A stretch of 63,625 nt of DNA, counting the filler, from Chiloscyllium plagiosum (lineage: Eukaryota), in assembly GCF_004010195.1 (NCBI RefSeq). It is 6 parts of 2 records of this genome, joined end to end, with 100 filler letters (N's around TTAATTAATTAA, not from the genome) between each part and the next. Parts side by side here need not be neighbours in the genome. Positions count along the whole stretch, not along the records: positions 61,281 to 63,625 come from NC_057711.1; 5 more parts are not named here. The stretch is one strand, 5' to 3'. Of the stretch, positions 62,861 through 63,625 are shown one piece after another (the first letter of the stretch is position 1; each line of letters begins with the position of its first letter). The notes below the pieces were generated by a model. The model was given only the letters and a program-made list of their open reading frames with translations, did not search any database and was not told where the DNA came from. A program made the translations under genes and the position numbers.

Positions 62861-63347
62861 ACTCCATTTACAGATAGTCCATCGCACAGTGGAAAGTGTA
62901 AGCTGAGTATAATGTGCATTATCCCAAATGATTTGGAAATCTGAGTAACAACTGGGTTGTTTCAGATTTTATTTTCTTCCCTTGTGGGACGTAGGCATTT
63001 CTGGCTGGCCAGCATTTATTGCCTATCTGTAGTTAACCTTGAGAAGTGGTGGTGAGCTGCCTTCTTGAACTGCTGCCATCCATGTGCTGTAGGTTGACCT
63101 ACAATGCCTACAATAGGGAGAGAATTCCAGTGACAGTGAAGGAATGACAATATATTTCCAAGTCAAGATGGTGAGTGGCTCAGAGGGTAACGTGTTGACT
63201 GTGGTGTTTCCATGTATCTGATGCCATTGTCCTTCAAGATGGAAGTGATCACAACTGTGGAAGGCGCCATCTAAGGATCTTTGGTTAATTTCTGCAGTTC
63301 ATCAGTATGCACCTCTGCTACCCTGAGGTAATGAATGCTTGTGGATG

Positions 63348-63591
63348 TGATGCCAATCAAGTGGCTGTTTTGCCCTGGATGGTGTCAAACTGCTTGAGTG
63401 TTGTTGAAGAAGTAACAAAGAAGATTGATGAGGGCAGAGCAGGAGAGGTGATCTATATGGACTTCAGTATGATGCCAATCAAGTGGCTGTTTTGCCCTGG
63501 ATGGTGTCAAACTGCTTGAGTGTTGTTGAAGAAGTAACAAAGAAGATTGATGAGGGCAGAGCAGGAGAGGTGATCTATATGGACTTCAGTA
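63348..63591. repeat. Exact 122-bp tandem duplication spanning a repeat/CR1 junction
   Basis: 63348-63469 equals 63470-63591. Confidence 0.92.
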
Positions 63592-63625
63592 AGTCATTTG
63601 ACAAGGTTCCCCATGGGAGACTGGT

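Noticed and set aside
62514..62940. Minus-strand frame containing IWD that stays open after removing the hairpin insert, considered as a missing WD40 exon
   Set aside because: Sequence does not resemble PLRG1 or any protein I recognise, and there are no convincing splice sites.

Overview
Repeat-dense vertebrate genomic DNA, most likely from a shark or other elasmobranch (inferred from HE1-type V-SINEs, abundant CR1 LINEs and Penelope-like elements). Most ORFs in the supplied track are degraded transposon fragments or noise. Host-gene content is small. The last four coding exons of PLRG1 lie on the minus strand (18314-12686; canonical GT-AG, phases consistent). A WDR70-like start-codon exon (40976-40913, minus) has a probable CpG/ETS promoter and non-coding first exon near 44.9 kb. 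An isolated 19-nt plus-strand micro-exon candidate ending in ATG lies at 53158-53176. The window is not one contig: five artificial 100-bp spacers (44 N + TTAATTAATTAA + 44 N) and three sized gaps interrupt it, so adjacency across them is unproven. Main observations: (1) many minimal hammerhead-ribozyme motifs in Penelope-like termini, including an intact one in a 219-bp TSD-flanked solo insertion; (2) the WDR70-like exon is splice-phase compatible with the orphan PLRG1 3' exons, which is either a real chimera or a scaffolding artefact; (3) a degraded retrovirus-like element with tether, integrase, GPY/F and a possible env furin site; (4) several templated duplications and inversions at TE junctions.
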